A DNA stretch of 64,000 nt from Epithemia pelagica. Its lineage: Eukaryota > Protista > Bacillariophyta. The notes beneath the pieces are model-generated. The model was not told the origin of the DNA, did no database searches, and saw nothing but the letters and a program-made list of their open reading frames with translations. This document shows positions 38,349 to 48,041 of this stretch, piece after piece. The first letter of the stretch is position 1; each line of letters starts with the position of its first letter. The DNA lies in NCBI GenBank assembly GCA_946965045.2, contig OX337236.1, positions 1,488,001 through 1,552,000 on the forward strand, written 5' to 3'. The translations under genes were made by a program, and so were the position numbers.

Positions 38349-39438
38349 GGTTGGCTACAACTGAAGTGGTTTGGCTGATTTCCTTTGGTTCTTCGATTTG
38401 TGGTTGGCTGGCACACTACCGAAGGTAAATGTTCTTTGGTCTGCCGCCATGTGAACGCAAGGTGTCAATCGAAAGTGCGGAAGATACTTTTTTATGAGGT
38501 CTGGCAGTCGCAGGAAATCGAACATGACACTAAAACGCGACTAAGTAGGAATGGACAATGGTACAAAGGAAAATGAAACAGCTACTCTTCCAACATTATT
38601 TGTGCTTGTCGATGCACTCAGGAAGGAAATGAACTCGTCATAACAAAAGAACTCATTTACCTTTAACTCTCCATCGGAGTTTTGCTTCTAGCTAGAGCAA
38701 AACGAAATAGGAGTACTCCTACCTACTCCTAGTTCCTCCAGCTACGAGTAAATTTAAAACCATTTTGAAAGACGTTGGACATCCAAGAGCCCCTTCCATT
38801 CCCATTCCGATCTGCCTCTCATTCATAGAATGATCAAAGGTTTGGAGTATCCGCTCGTTCTCAGGATATCCCCATTCGATTTTCGATCTTTCCGGTGTTT
38901 CGTGGCTTCCAGTTGTGCCGTCCAGCGTTGCCGGTTGTGCGCTCACTTTTTCGCGGGGGGAGGTTGGAATGTGGCTGGGTTGGCGAGTTCCCCCAAAATT
39001 TTCTCGAATACTTAGCAAAGCCACCAAATCTGGGTTTGACTCGCGTGCTTGCTCGATCTTGTTTGTGCAAGAATCCAGCGTCCCGGGGTTTTCCGGTGAT
39101 TTTGGTCATCCCTTACAAGACTTCCGATGGACCGCTGGGTTGTTCTGAACTACTCAAATCCCCACTTTTGAAAATATTCGTCCGGCAAATGGTACATCAA
39201 TGCCGGCGTTGGCTTCTAAATCCCATTACATATTAGAAATTCAGAAGAGGACCGTTGTTTCGAGTTTGTGAAGGCGGATGGGGAGTCGTTGAGGGTGCGG
39301 AACGAGTGCACAAACTGTTTTCGCATCTCCTCTTGTGCTAAGTACGACCTAAGAGGAGAGACCCAAGTGGAGCATCAAGACCCAATTAATCGAATTTCAA
39401 GGGCAGCGGAAGCCGGAAGGGCAGCTCATCCTTGCATC

Positions 39439-41610
39439 ATGGTCACCTCAACCCCCTACATAAAGCCTCCAAGCCCACCACCTCCTCCTGGACAGCCACC
39501 TGTATCTCCCCGAGTGCTTCCTGAAGAGAGACCCGAACAAGGCATGGTGTCGGCAAGAGCAAGAGAAATCTTGGAGAGCATGAGACAACAGCGCGAGTCG
39601 TTCTTGGCGTCACTGAAACCATCGGAAGCAGAAGCAGCTGCACGGCGGTCCTACCAAAACAAAACAGCGTCATCCAAATCATCGCCTACCAACGCTCCTT
39701 CCAAACCTCCACTGTTTACATCCAAAGACGCTCAAGCCTTGACCAAACGATTGAACGACTCCATCAATCAACGTAAAGAACGCCTTGCTCGCTTCTCCAA
39801 TGACAATCAGCAGCAGCAACGATCACCATCGGAGCCATCCTCTCGAAAGATAATGACGCAGTCTCCTCGTAGTTTGGCGACAGCCTCTACTGCAGCCGAA
39901 AGTTGTTCCATTTATTCGTCGCCCACAAATAGTTCGGGCTATGACAGTGATGGGTCACCGGCACAATTTGCACAAATCGAGCTTCCTCTGGCGAGACATC
40001 CAAATTTAGAGGGGATCCTTGAAAACTCGATTGAAACCGAATCGGAGACGGGGAGTGAAAACAGTCCCCTTGTCAAAAAGACGACATCCTGCGACACGAG
40101 CCTCCTTTCGGAAGCCGTGGACAAAGATGAGCGCAGTGTAGACTGGGACGAAGACTTTGACTCCAGTAGGATTGAGGGCGACCGACTAATTGGTCTCCAT
40201 GGCGAGGATGACAGTGACGATTCCACTGAAGAAAACGAAGTCCAGGTTCACATTGCATTGAGTGACAGCGATGGAGAAACGGAATCCAGTAAGCCTGTCG
40301 GTGCGCCCATGATGACCTTATTTGGATACACGGCCTTTGACGAGAGTGTCACCCGGCCGCCCCTCTTGGTGCACTGTAGTTCCCATTCCTCCTCGCACCT
40401 CGACAGTGGGGTGGGCTCGGATGAAAGCCTTCGTCACCGGGTGAGCCGTTCCAATAGTGTCGTCAGCGGCCTCAGCACCTTTAGTGGACCAGCGATGGGA
40501 CCCCTTGGTCATACCGTGGAACAACGGAAAAAGGCCCTGCTCCGAACTCTCAGTACCACTGTAGCAGAGCTGGAAAAGATGAAAGTCGATATTCCATCCG
40601 AACTCTCGTCGGTTGCGTCGCAAAGTTCCACGTCGTCGGCCAACGATGATAATGTTCGTCCCTTGAGAAGGGTTCAAACCACTGGATCGTCCAGCTACAC
40701 TAGCGCGGGTATTAGTTCGGTAAGTTCGTACTCTTTGACAACCAATGGTTCCGACACTTCTGGTTGGGTCAGTCATGACGAGAATTCAAGAAGTTCCTCG
40801 TTCGTTAAGAAGACACAACCGCCAAAAGAAAGTGAGACATCCAAGATAGAACGAAAAGGAAACAGGTCGTCAGACCCCGCTCCTTCACCTCTCTCGTCCA
40901 CCAGTGCGGACAACCCGCTTGGAGATATGAAAGATGATGCATCCGACGCGGAACCAAAGTTACTGTGTAGCCCACCAACACCTCAAAGAAAAGAGCAAAA
41001 ACCAAGAAAGGTAAGCCCAAACAACACCTCCCAGAAAAAGAAGGCTTCTGCAAAGCTCCGTACTCCGTCAAGGAAGAGTCTAGGTCCGGTCGGAAAGAAG
41101 TCATCAAGACCAGGACCCAGAGAACTGGCTGCTATTTGTTTCCCTCGAGGCAATCTTTGGAACATTAGCAAGTCATCAGGTCTTTCGTTTCGAGGACCAA
41201 TCCGCGTGAATCGAAAAAGCGTGTATCGGTCACCGGATTTCATCCGCTTTTCCTCGGAATATCGCTGTGGGGCACGGGGAGGCCTCATGGATCTAGCATC
41301 CCATTCCGGAATGCCAAAAACACAGATTTCGCCACTACGAAAAATTCAAACGACAAGAGTTAATGGTCGTCAAAGATGGAAACTCAAGGCACGAGGGGGT
41401 CATTATCATGTGGCAGTTTGGACCAACATGACGAGAAATATGTTAAGCCCTGCCTCCATTTTCCGTGACTTGAAGCCCCAACACCATGAACCTGTGTCAT
41501 CGAGAGAGGAAGAAATGGTAAGAATACGAGCGAGAAATGCAAGATTGAAAGTTGGGGCTTTGGGAAGCTTCCACTTCATTGCTAATGAGACGCGAAAGGA
41601 GTGTATATGA
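39439..41610 (+). CDS. Hypothetical Ser/Pro-rich disordered protein
   Basis: 2.3 kb uninterrupted ORF; first plausible ATG at 39439; no domain recognised. Confidence 0.7.
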   Translation: MVTSTPYIKPPSPPPPPGQPPVSPRVLPEERPEQGMVSARAREILESMRQQRESFLASLKPSEAEAAARRSYQNKTASSKSSPTNAPSKPPLFTSKDAQALTKRLNDSINQRKERLARFSNDNQQQQRSPSEPSSRKIMTQSPRSLATASTAAESCSIYSSPTNSSGYDSDGSPAQFAQIELPLARHPNLEGILENSIETESETGSENSPLVKKTTSCDTSLLSEAVDKDERSVDWDEDFDSSRIEGDRLIGLHGEDDSDDSTEENEVQVHIALSDSDGETESSKPVGAPMMTLFGYTAFDESVTRPPLLVHCSSHSSSHLDSGVGSDESLRHRVSRSNSVVSGLSTFSGPAMGPLGHTVEQRKKALLRTLSTTVAELEKMKVDIPSELSSVASQSSTSSANDDNVRPLRRVQTTGSSSYTSAGISSVSSYSLTTNGSDTSGWVSHDENSRSSSFVKKTQPPKESETSKIERKGNRSSDPAPSPLSSTSADNPLGDMKDDASDAEPKLLCSPPTPQRKEQKPRKVSPNNTSQKKKASAKLRTPSRKSLGPVGKKSSRPGPRELAAICFPRGNLWNISKSSGLSFRGPIRVNRKSVYRSPDFIRFSSEYRCGARGGLMDLASHSGMPKTQISPLRKIQTTRVNGRQRWKLKARGGHYHVAVWTNMTRNMLSPASIFRDLKPQHHEPVSSREEEMVRIRARNARLKVGALGSFHFIANETRKECI

Positions 41611-42138
41611 TATAGAATTAAATCTATCCATTCCCTTTTGACTCAAGAGGTAAGACACTAACGATATGGAAACCAGGGTGTCGGGGATGGTTCCCATGTT
41701 AACGTCTTTTACCTTGCTACTACGTTCAACAAGCTCTAGAGCTGAGATTTCTAATGGACTTTGTTGTTGCATCTACCTAATCATTTAGATTTATATCTCT
41801 ATGATTTGCATGTTGCCCATTGCCCACTCGTGGTTTTCCAAGAAGCTCCGAAACGAGGACATCGGTAGATTGTGGAAACACAGATAGCGGGAACAGAAGC
41901 AGTAGTCTGTAGGCAATGTGGGGATGTCTGTCCTTCTGTCATATCGTTACTGTCCGCTACACTGTACATGAGATTTTCCTGTAAAAGCAAAACAACGAGC
42001 AACAAGCAATTACAAAACCTGAGCTCAGGTTTTGTCGGAGCAAAAGTTGAAACGACAGAAAACCCGGATTTGACATCATATTTCCCGTGACGTGTCACGC
42101 TCCAGGTTTGGTTTTGTCAATGCTAAAGGATCAGCCTC

Positions 42139-42732
42139 AAATACAATATGAGTGCCAATCGAGAGATATAAGGGCTTCTGCTTTTATCGTATACCAATAT
42201 GCTATTATCAATACCACATGCATCCTGGTCAGCAGAACGAACGAAGAAAAACAAAATTCATAATATATGCTTTCCTAGTCAATTTATAATTCCTTGTTAC
42301 TGTAAGATGATAATATGAATTTAACTCTGCCGTTGTAGCGATTCATGCCCGTTATCGAACACAGCAATTCTCTCTAACGTCTTGCTACCTGTTCCTACGA
42401 GCTTTCAAACAAAAAGTCTTGTTTCAGTCATTCCAGAACGGTTGGGCGTCTTACATTACTACTAGAGATTCGTCAAGGGTAAGTCCCCACTCACATTTTA
42501 CGCGGTTGGAGGTGCACCTCCAAATCATACCATGACTGACCATTAAAATATTCATTGCTATATCATTGCCATATATATTTAACCGTTTCATCAACCGCCA
42601 TGTTTGCTCAATTGTACTTTTTCCTCTAGTGTCCGTCCGTTTTCGGAACAGCTGGTCTTTCTGGAAATTCCCACCCCAGACCCCAAGCCTTCCGGCCCAC
42701 CCGTCCCGTTCATACTGAACTCAGACGAACAA
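42139..42732 (+). repeat. 594-bp dispersed direct repeat, copy 2
   Basis: Matches 408-1001 at offset 41731. Confidence 0.95.
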
Positions 42733-42865
42733 GCAGCAACAACAGCGACGAAAACAGCAACATCAGCTTTGGGTCAAGGGAGCTCTACAAGCCACTAACT
42801 CGCACCAGGCTGCTATTTACAGCTTCTTCTATAGAGAAGCTACTGTTGAGATTTGTGCCTGAGGA

Positions 42866-43822
42866 ATGGAGGAAGAAAAGAAGGAATCGTTGAGGCTGGA
42901 CGAGGAGAAGGAGACTCATCCAATCGCGAGTTTGGTGGGGAGGGAGTTCCCTGTAGATGGCGATAGTGACGGCCACGACGACCCAGATTTACACGGATTG
43001 CCAAGTGAGTTACGTGGGTTACGAGACAAAACGTTTGAATTTGAAGACGAGCTTCACTCTCTAGTGGTCAGTCGGGGATTTGGGGATTTGGATGTTATTT
43101 TGGATCCAAACACAAAGAAGGCTCGATTCCGGGTGACGAGCGGAGCACACGACGAGGTCACTGGGGTATACACGAACGCCTTCAACGAAGACTGGCGTGG
43201 CATTGCGGTAGCACGTGATGGAACTTGCAATATTTTCATCCAGCCTTTGCCTGGCCGTGCCATCACGCGATGCAAGCCTGATATAGCTTTCTGGGGACCG
43301 GCGAAATGCGAGACCATCGTTCGAGCTGGACGTCCTAGAACGACAGTGAAGCACCTGGAAGTGCCACCGAAAATTCATTCAGTGACGCGGGAGCAAATTG
43401 AAAAGGTCAACCCTGATGTGATTTTTCAATTTAGCTGGGGAAACGGAGAAGGTTATGAAGTGAAAGCGATCGATGAAATGATGAATCGAGCTCTTGTGAC
43501 TTATTCACACTGTCAGCCGAGCAACGAGGCTCCAACTTTGGGATTTCTTGTCAAAATTCGCACAGCGAATAAGCGAAACGCTATTGGACAGAAAATCATT
43601 CGTTGCATTGATGTCTATCGGCTACCTCATGGCACGACATTTGAGGATGCCAAGGCAAGCCAGAACGGAGCTAGTCACCATGGATTCTTCCCAGGACAGC
43701 CAGATGTCGTTGTGGAGATTACTCCGCAGGATCTCAGGATTACTCACAATGCTACTATGACTCTTCACCCCCAGCCATTCCGAATTTCTGCAGCTGAAAT
43801 TTATGACATGTTGCAAACTTGA
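42866..43822 (+). CDS. Putative Uma2/DUF820-like PD-(D/E)xK-fold endonuclease
   Basis: SGAHDEV, KPDIAFW and NPDVIFQFSW align by eye with the Uma2 H, PD and PDLVVEV.S motifs. Confidence 0.55.
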   Translation: MEEEKKESLRLDEEKETHPIASLVGREFPVDGDSDGHDDPDLHGLPSELRGLRDKTFEFEDELHSLVVSRGFGDLDVILDPNTKKARFRVTSGAHDEVTGVYTNAFNEDWRGIAVARDGTCNIFIQPLPGRAITRCKPDIAFWGPAKCETIVRAGRPRTTVKHLEVPPKIHSVTREQIEKVNPDVIFQFSWGNGEGYEVKAIDEMMNRALVTYSHCQPSNEAPTLGFLVKIRTANKRNAIGQKIIRCIDVYRLPHGTTFEDAKASQNGASHHGFFPGQPDVVVEITPQDLRITHNATMTLHPQPFRISAAEIYDMLQT

Positions 43823-44172
43823 CATGGTAGGTTTGCCCTCGGCTAATTGTTCGGTACGAGAGGATACTTAGGGGATACGGGCTGTGCGCACCCCGATAGT
43901 CGAAACACAGATGGCAGTCGGCTTGTTGGGGGGCAGTCTGTCCTTTGTCGTTGGTTGGAGAACGAATCTGTTGGTCGGTTATCGGTTGGATTATTTCGCA
44001 GGATCGCCTGGCGAACTTCCCCCAGTTCCCCCACCAAACATGACTCAGACATGACGCTCCATCGTCTCCCCCATCATAACGTGAATCGATCCCATATATT
44101 TTTACTCAGCGTATTAGACATGCCACTCGGTAGTACCTTTCGTCCGCTGAACGAAGTCGTGGAGCGTCGCCA

Positions 44173-45897
44173 ATGGAATCATGCGGACCAGCTTATAAAC
44201 AAGGTTTGATAAATCTGGACTGTCACATGCTCGACGGGCGTGGACGAGGCACTGCCCTCCACACGCAGAGTTGGGAATCGGGGAAATGCGAGCCACGACA
44301 GCTTGCGATCCCACAAAACTGGTCCTCGCGGAGCTATTACAAACCCGTTAATCTCGCGCACCTTCGTCCAAGACTGCTCACAAAGTGTGATTGCGATTCT
44401 TGGGTAGTAGAGGGTATTGCGCGGATAGTGGGGGCGTACCGTGATCGTGTGGCGACTCTATCTACTCAAACACATAACGAAGACCAACGAGTGAACAGAA
44501 ACGTGTGCTCGAAGCGCCGAGGACAGCGATACTCACTCCTTTGTTGGAAACCGGACCACCACCGACAACGAACTTCGAACCGAAACTCGTTCTTGTGGTC
44601 CATTTCCCTCCTCTTCATCAGTTGGTCCATAGAAAGCATGTCGCAGCCCCGATTGCATCTGGCGTCGTCGCAGGAGAAAAGCAACAACGAAAACTCTTGC
44701 AACATTGTTCATCACCCATGGAAAGTTGAAAAGGCAATGACAGGAGCATCTCCATCGGCCGGTCGAGGCGGCGGATGCGGCAGCAGCAGTGGCAACGCCT
44801 CTCACAACATTGATCGATTTTTGACACGATCCAAGCGAAGGAAGCATCCATCATGGGGGTCGGATTCGTCCACTATTTTCACAGAATCCACTGGACAGTC
44901 CTCCCAATCCTCGTTGAAATCGGTTCCAACCTCACCCATTCCAGTTCGAAAGGCAGGTGAAGGGCCTTTTTCCTCGTCACCAGGCCCGGTCTCGTTGGTG
45001 TCTCCATCCCATGGGGAGAGTGGCCTGGAACACCGTGACCAAAGAGGAACCATTGGCTCTGTGGAAATTGTGCTTCGTCGTCAACACCAACCGTCTCCGA
45101 AATCGTATCCCATTGACGTGGATTCTCTGGAAGAATGTCATGATCCACCCAAACGGCCCGGACCAGATCGAGGCTTGGTACGATGGGAAACCACCGATAC
45201 TATCTCCCACAGACCGCCAAGGAGCCCGCGAAGACCTACTACGCCACCCCGTAGTCGATCACCGATACGGACGCGGAGAGTTGCTCTTCCGCCACCTCCG
45301 CCGCCGCATCAGCCCCATTTCCTGCGAAAGGTTCATCCACCCAAGCCGCCGGTTCCCTCGGTACAAACGGGTCCCATTGATGTTGACTCCTTAGAGACCT
45401 ACAAAGAAGATGCCAGTGTGGACTCACTGGCCATGATGAATATTATCGAAGAGTCTGACAACTCAGAGGACCTCTCGGTGGAATGGACCTCATCCAAGCC
45501 TCCTGTTGCCACACGGCAACGAACCAATAGCAGTTCACTCGATACCTCCCTCAGTCCCGATGACATTTCGATACAGTCGGCTAGCAGTGCATTTGATGAT
45601 GAAGACTATGATGGGGACGATGAAGAGCACGCTCCATTGGATTCACTTATGAAACTGGAAAAGTTGGATTTGTTAGCCGAAAGCGACAGCGAAGAAGATT
45701 ATTCAGAGATTCGGAGACAGTTCCACCGGTTTCCGATACTGGATGAAGGGGAAGCACAGCGAGTCCTCTGTGGGTACGTCCGGGGCTTTGAACCACCAGT
45801 CGAGACGGTCGACGTTTTTCCAACCGTTGAAGTTACTCCTCGAAGGAAACCACGAAAAATTCCACCATCACCACGAGATCCAGCCTTTGAAATATAG
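44173..45897 (+). CDS. Hypothetical low-complexity protein (true start possibly 44638)
   Basis: 1.7 kb ORF, Ser/Pro/Asp-rich; repeated PIDVDSLE motif. Confidence 0.6.
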   Translation: MESCGPAYKQGLINLDCHMLDGRGRGTALHTQSWESGKCEPRQLAIPQNWSSRSYYKPVNLAHLRPRLLTKCDCDSWVVEGIARIVGAYRDRVATLSTQTHNEDQRVNRNVCSKRRGQRYSLLCWKPDHHRQRTSNRNSFLWSISLLFISWSIESMSQPRLHLASSQEKSNNENSCNIVHHPWKVEKAMTGASPSAGRGGGCGSSSGNASHNIDRFLTRSKRRKHPSWGSDSSTIFTESTGQSSQSSLKSVPTSPIPVRKAGEGPFSSSPGPVSLVSPSHGESGLEHRDQRGTIGSVEIVLRRQHQPSPKSYPIDVDSLEECHDPPKRPGPDRGLVRWETTDTISHRPPRSPRRPTTPPRSRSPIRTRRVALPPPPPPHQPHFLRKVHPPKPPVPSVQTGPIDVDSLETYKEDASVDSLAMMNIIEESDNSEDLSVEWTSSKPPVATRQRTNSSSLDTSLSPDDISIQSASSAFDDEDYDGDDEEHAPLDSLMKLEKLDLLAESDSEEDYSEIRRQFHRFPILDEGEAQRVLCGYVRGFEPPVETVDVFPTVEVTPRRKPRKIPPSPRDPAFEI

Positions 45898-46267
45898 TTT
45901 GACAAGAATCTGTTGCAGTCCGCTTTTTTATATTTTCGGAAGCATTTGGGATTTATTGCAACCTTCTCGTCAACCAAATACCAAAGAGAAATGTGAGTCT
46001 GGTGTAGCTTATTGAACACAAGAATTTGTAGCTATAATGCCAAGCTTTGTATTTAATCTCAAAAGTAAAGTCAACCATATGATACCTGTTGGCGGAGATT
46101 TGAAAGTAAATCATAGAATCCCATTGTAGGAATAGTCTGGCACTGATGCCCAAAACAGTTGTTGACAAGCCCACGAAACCTGTTTTGGACGACATTTGGA
46201 ATCCAAAGCATAGAGTTTCCTACACAAGCGAAGGGGGGAAAAGTCAGGCAAAACCAACCAAAGTTTG

Positions 46268-47779
46268 TTACGAGTGATTGTATGGAGCATGACGATGAAA
46301 ACCCCTTTGGGATGGTCCCTGATGATTGGACAAGCCTTGCTGCTGTTCTTGTTCCATCCAAGCAATCAGCTCGTGGCGTGGATTGGGGACCAGTTCCAAC
46401 AGTCGTTCCCCATGATCATCCACTTGTCCCATATCGACAAAGGCATACGAGATTCGACCGGCATTACCGCTGCTAGTGCTGCTGCCCAACCATTCTCGAA
46501 CTCGAGGATTTCGTTCTTGCGCATCGCGAAACAAATCATTGGACAAACAATACGCTCCGAGCAGTTGCCGCGAGGATTGCTCCTGTTGTTGTTGTTGTTG
46601 TCGCTCCCACTCTCGTACTCCAATGGTCAAAACGTAGGCATCGTCATCGTCTGTGGGTGGAGACAAGACCAATTTGCCTTGTTGTTTCAAGTGATGCAAG
46701 ACATCCCATTGCTCGGTTTCCATGAGGGCATTGCCGGAACTGCCATCGCGTGGTTTGGCTTTCATATAGGATGCCGGCAAGACGACCAAGACTCGAACAC
46801 GACTATTGCCAAAATAGTGGCAGGCCATGTGAATGCCCTGAACATTGGGGTCCAATCGGTTGCTTCGACCAGGATGATGATGATGATGATCACTCAAGGC
46901 GTCGGCATACGCATAGGCGACATTGGCTCCATCAATGACCACCAACGGTCCCATGGGACCCTTGGTTACGCCTTCCATACGTTCCGTTGGAGGTGGGGCT
47001 CCAATCTCTATATGATGCGAATGAGGGGGACGAGACTTTGTCGATGAAGAATGGGTAATGTTGGATGGTGGCGCCGAATGAGAGTGTGGAGGAGGCCCCT
47101 CTTGTCCTCCACTCATTACAAAATGCGTTGGGTGATGATGTTGATGATGAGACAACCTATAATGATTCGGTTGATTGTGAGTATTGTAATGGTGTTGTGG
47201 TGAATGAAGTGTAGTGTGGGAGGCAGGAAGCTGTTGTGTGGCATAGTGTGATGGTTGTTGATCCGAACCATGGTTCCAAGACTGGTAATGAAGAGGACCA
47301 CCTTTTTGACCCACACCCGAATCGCTCTCTCCGTCGCTGGTATCCATCATCATCATGTCAACACTATCATTATCTTGGTCCTCCTTTGGAACGGCCTTGT
47401 CCCGAGTGCCAATCCCCGTACTACGTGTCGAGGTGGAACCAATCTCGACTCGGTACGAATTGTGGTAGACAGGATGACGTGTTCTTGGTGGCTGATGACG
47501 AGAAGAAGAAGAAAGACCTGCAGCAGCCATTGCCAACGATGAAACACCTCTTGGAGAACCGGACGAATTCGTAGAATGTCTTGCTGCTGCTGGAATACTC
47601 GGTTGGGTCGTCATGGTAGGTCTCTGCCGCTGGGAAGGATGCTGTGGCTGGCGCGAGTGATCATCCCCTGGATACTGTCCTAGTGTTTCCATGGCTTCCG
47701 ACTCATCGTGTTCCCATTCCTCAATTTCATGGTCGTCGACCAAAGGCTTTCCTTCGGTCACCAAGCGGGGACGTACCAT
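46268..47779 (-). CDS. Zc3h12a/Regnase-like PIN (NYN) ribonuclease domain protein
   Basis: VVIDGANVAY, PTDDDDAYVL, CLSNDLFRD catalytic-type Asp motifs; His/Ser-rich disordered N-terminal half. Confidence 0.88.
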   Translation of the reverse strand: MVRPRLVTEGKPLVDDHEIEEWEHDESEAMETLGQYPGDDHSRQPQHPSQRQRPTMTTQPSIPAAARHSTNSSGSPRGVSSLAMAAAGLSSSSRHQPPRTRHPVYHNSYRVEIGSTSTRSTGIGTRDKAVPKEDQDNDSVDMMMMDTSDGESDSGVGQKGGPLHYQSWNHGSDQQPSHYATQQLPASHTTLHSPQHHYNTHNQPNHYRLSHHQHHHPTHFVMSGGQEGPPPHSHSAPPSNITHSSSTKSRPPHSHHIEIGAPPPTERMEGVTKGPMGPLVVIDGANVAYAYADALSDHHHHHPGRSNRLDPNVQGIHMACHYFGNSRVRVLVVLPASYMKAKPRDGSSGNALMETEQWDVLHHLKQQGKLVLSPPTDDDDAYVLTIGVREWERQQQQQQEQSSRQLLGAYCLSNDLFRDAQERNPRVREWLGSSTSSGNAGRISYAFVDMGQVDDHGERLLELVPNPRHELIAWMEQEQQQGLSNHQGPSQRGFHRHAPYNHS

Positions 47780-48041
47780 TGTCCTCCACGCAAGAAAGAG
47801 ACAACTACCGAAAAACTTCCACTCGGAGAGGACGCGCGCGCTTCTAGTCGCGCAACGGATGGCTCACGATCGCGTTTCGATCGCTGCTTTCTGACATTTG
47901 GTTTCCACTCCCAAGCGATGTGACCACGCCAAAACAGCGCAGAAAATCTTCAAGATTTCTAATGTTCTGACCATGACTTGGAGGCGGTCGTCCATCCATA
48001 CAAAGGAACAAACATCCACGAGAAGTGGCTGCTAAAAAGAC

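Noticed and set aside
38740-39260. Possible DNA-transposon remnant
   Set aside because: No TIR pair or TSD found; the short ORFs are uninformative.
408-42732. Giant composite or LTR element bounded by the two 594-bp repeats
   Set aside because: No TSD (GTGTACTG left, GCAGCAAC right), no TG..CA termini, and the interior holds housekeeping genes such as eIF5B.
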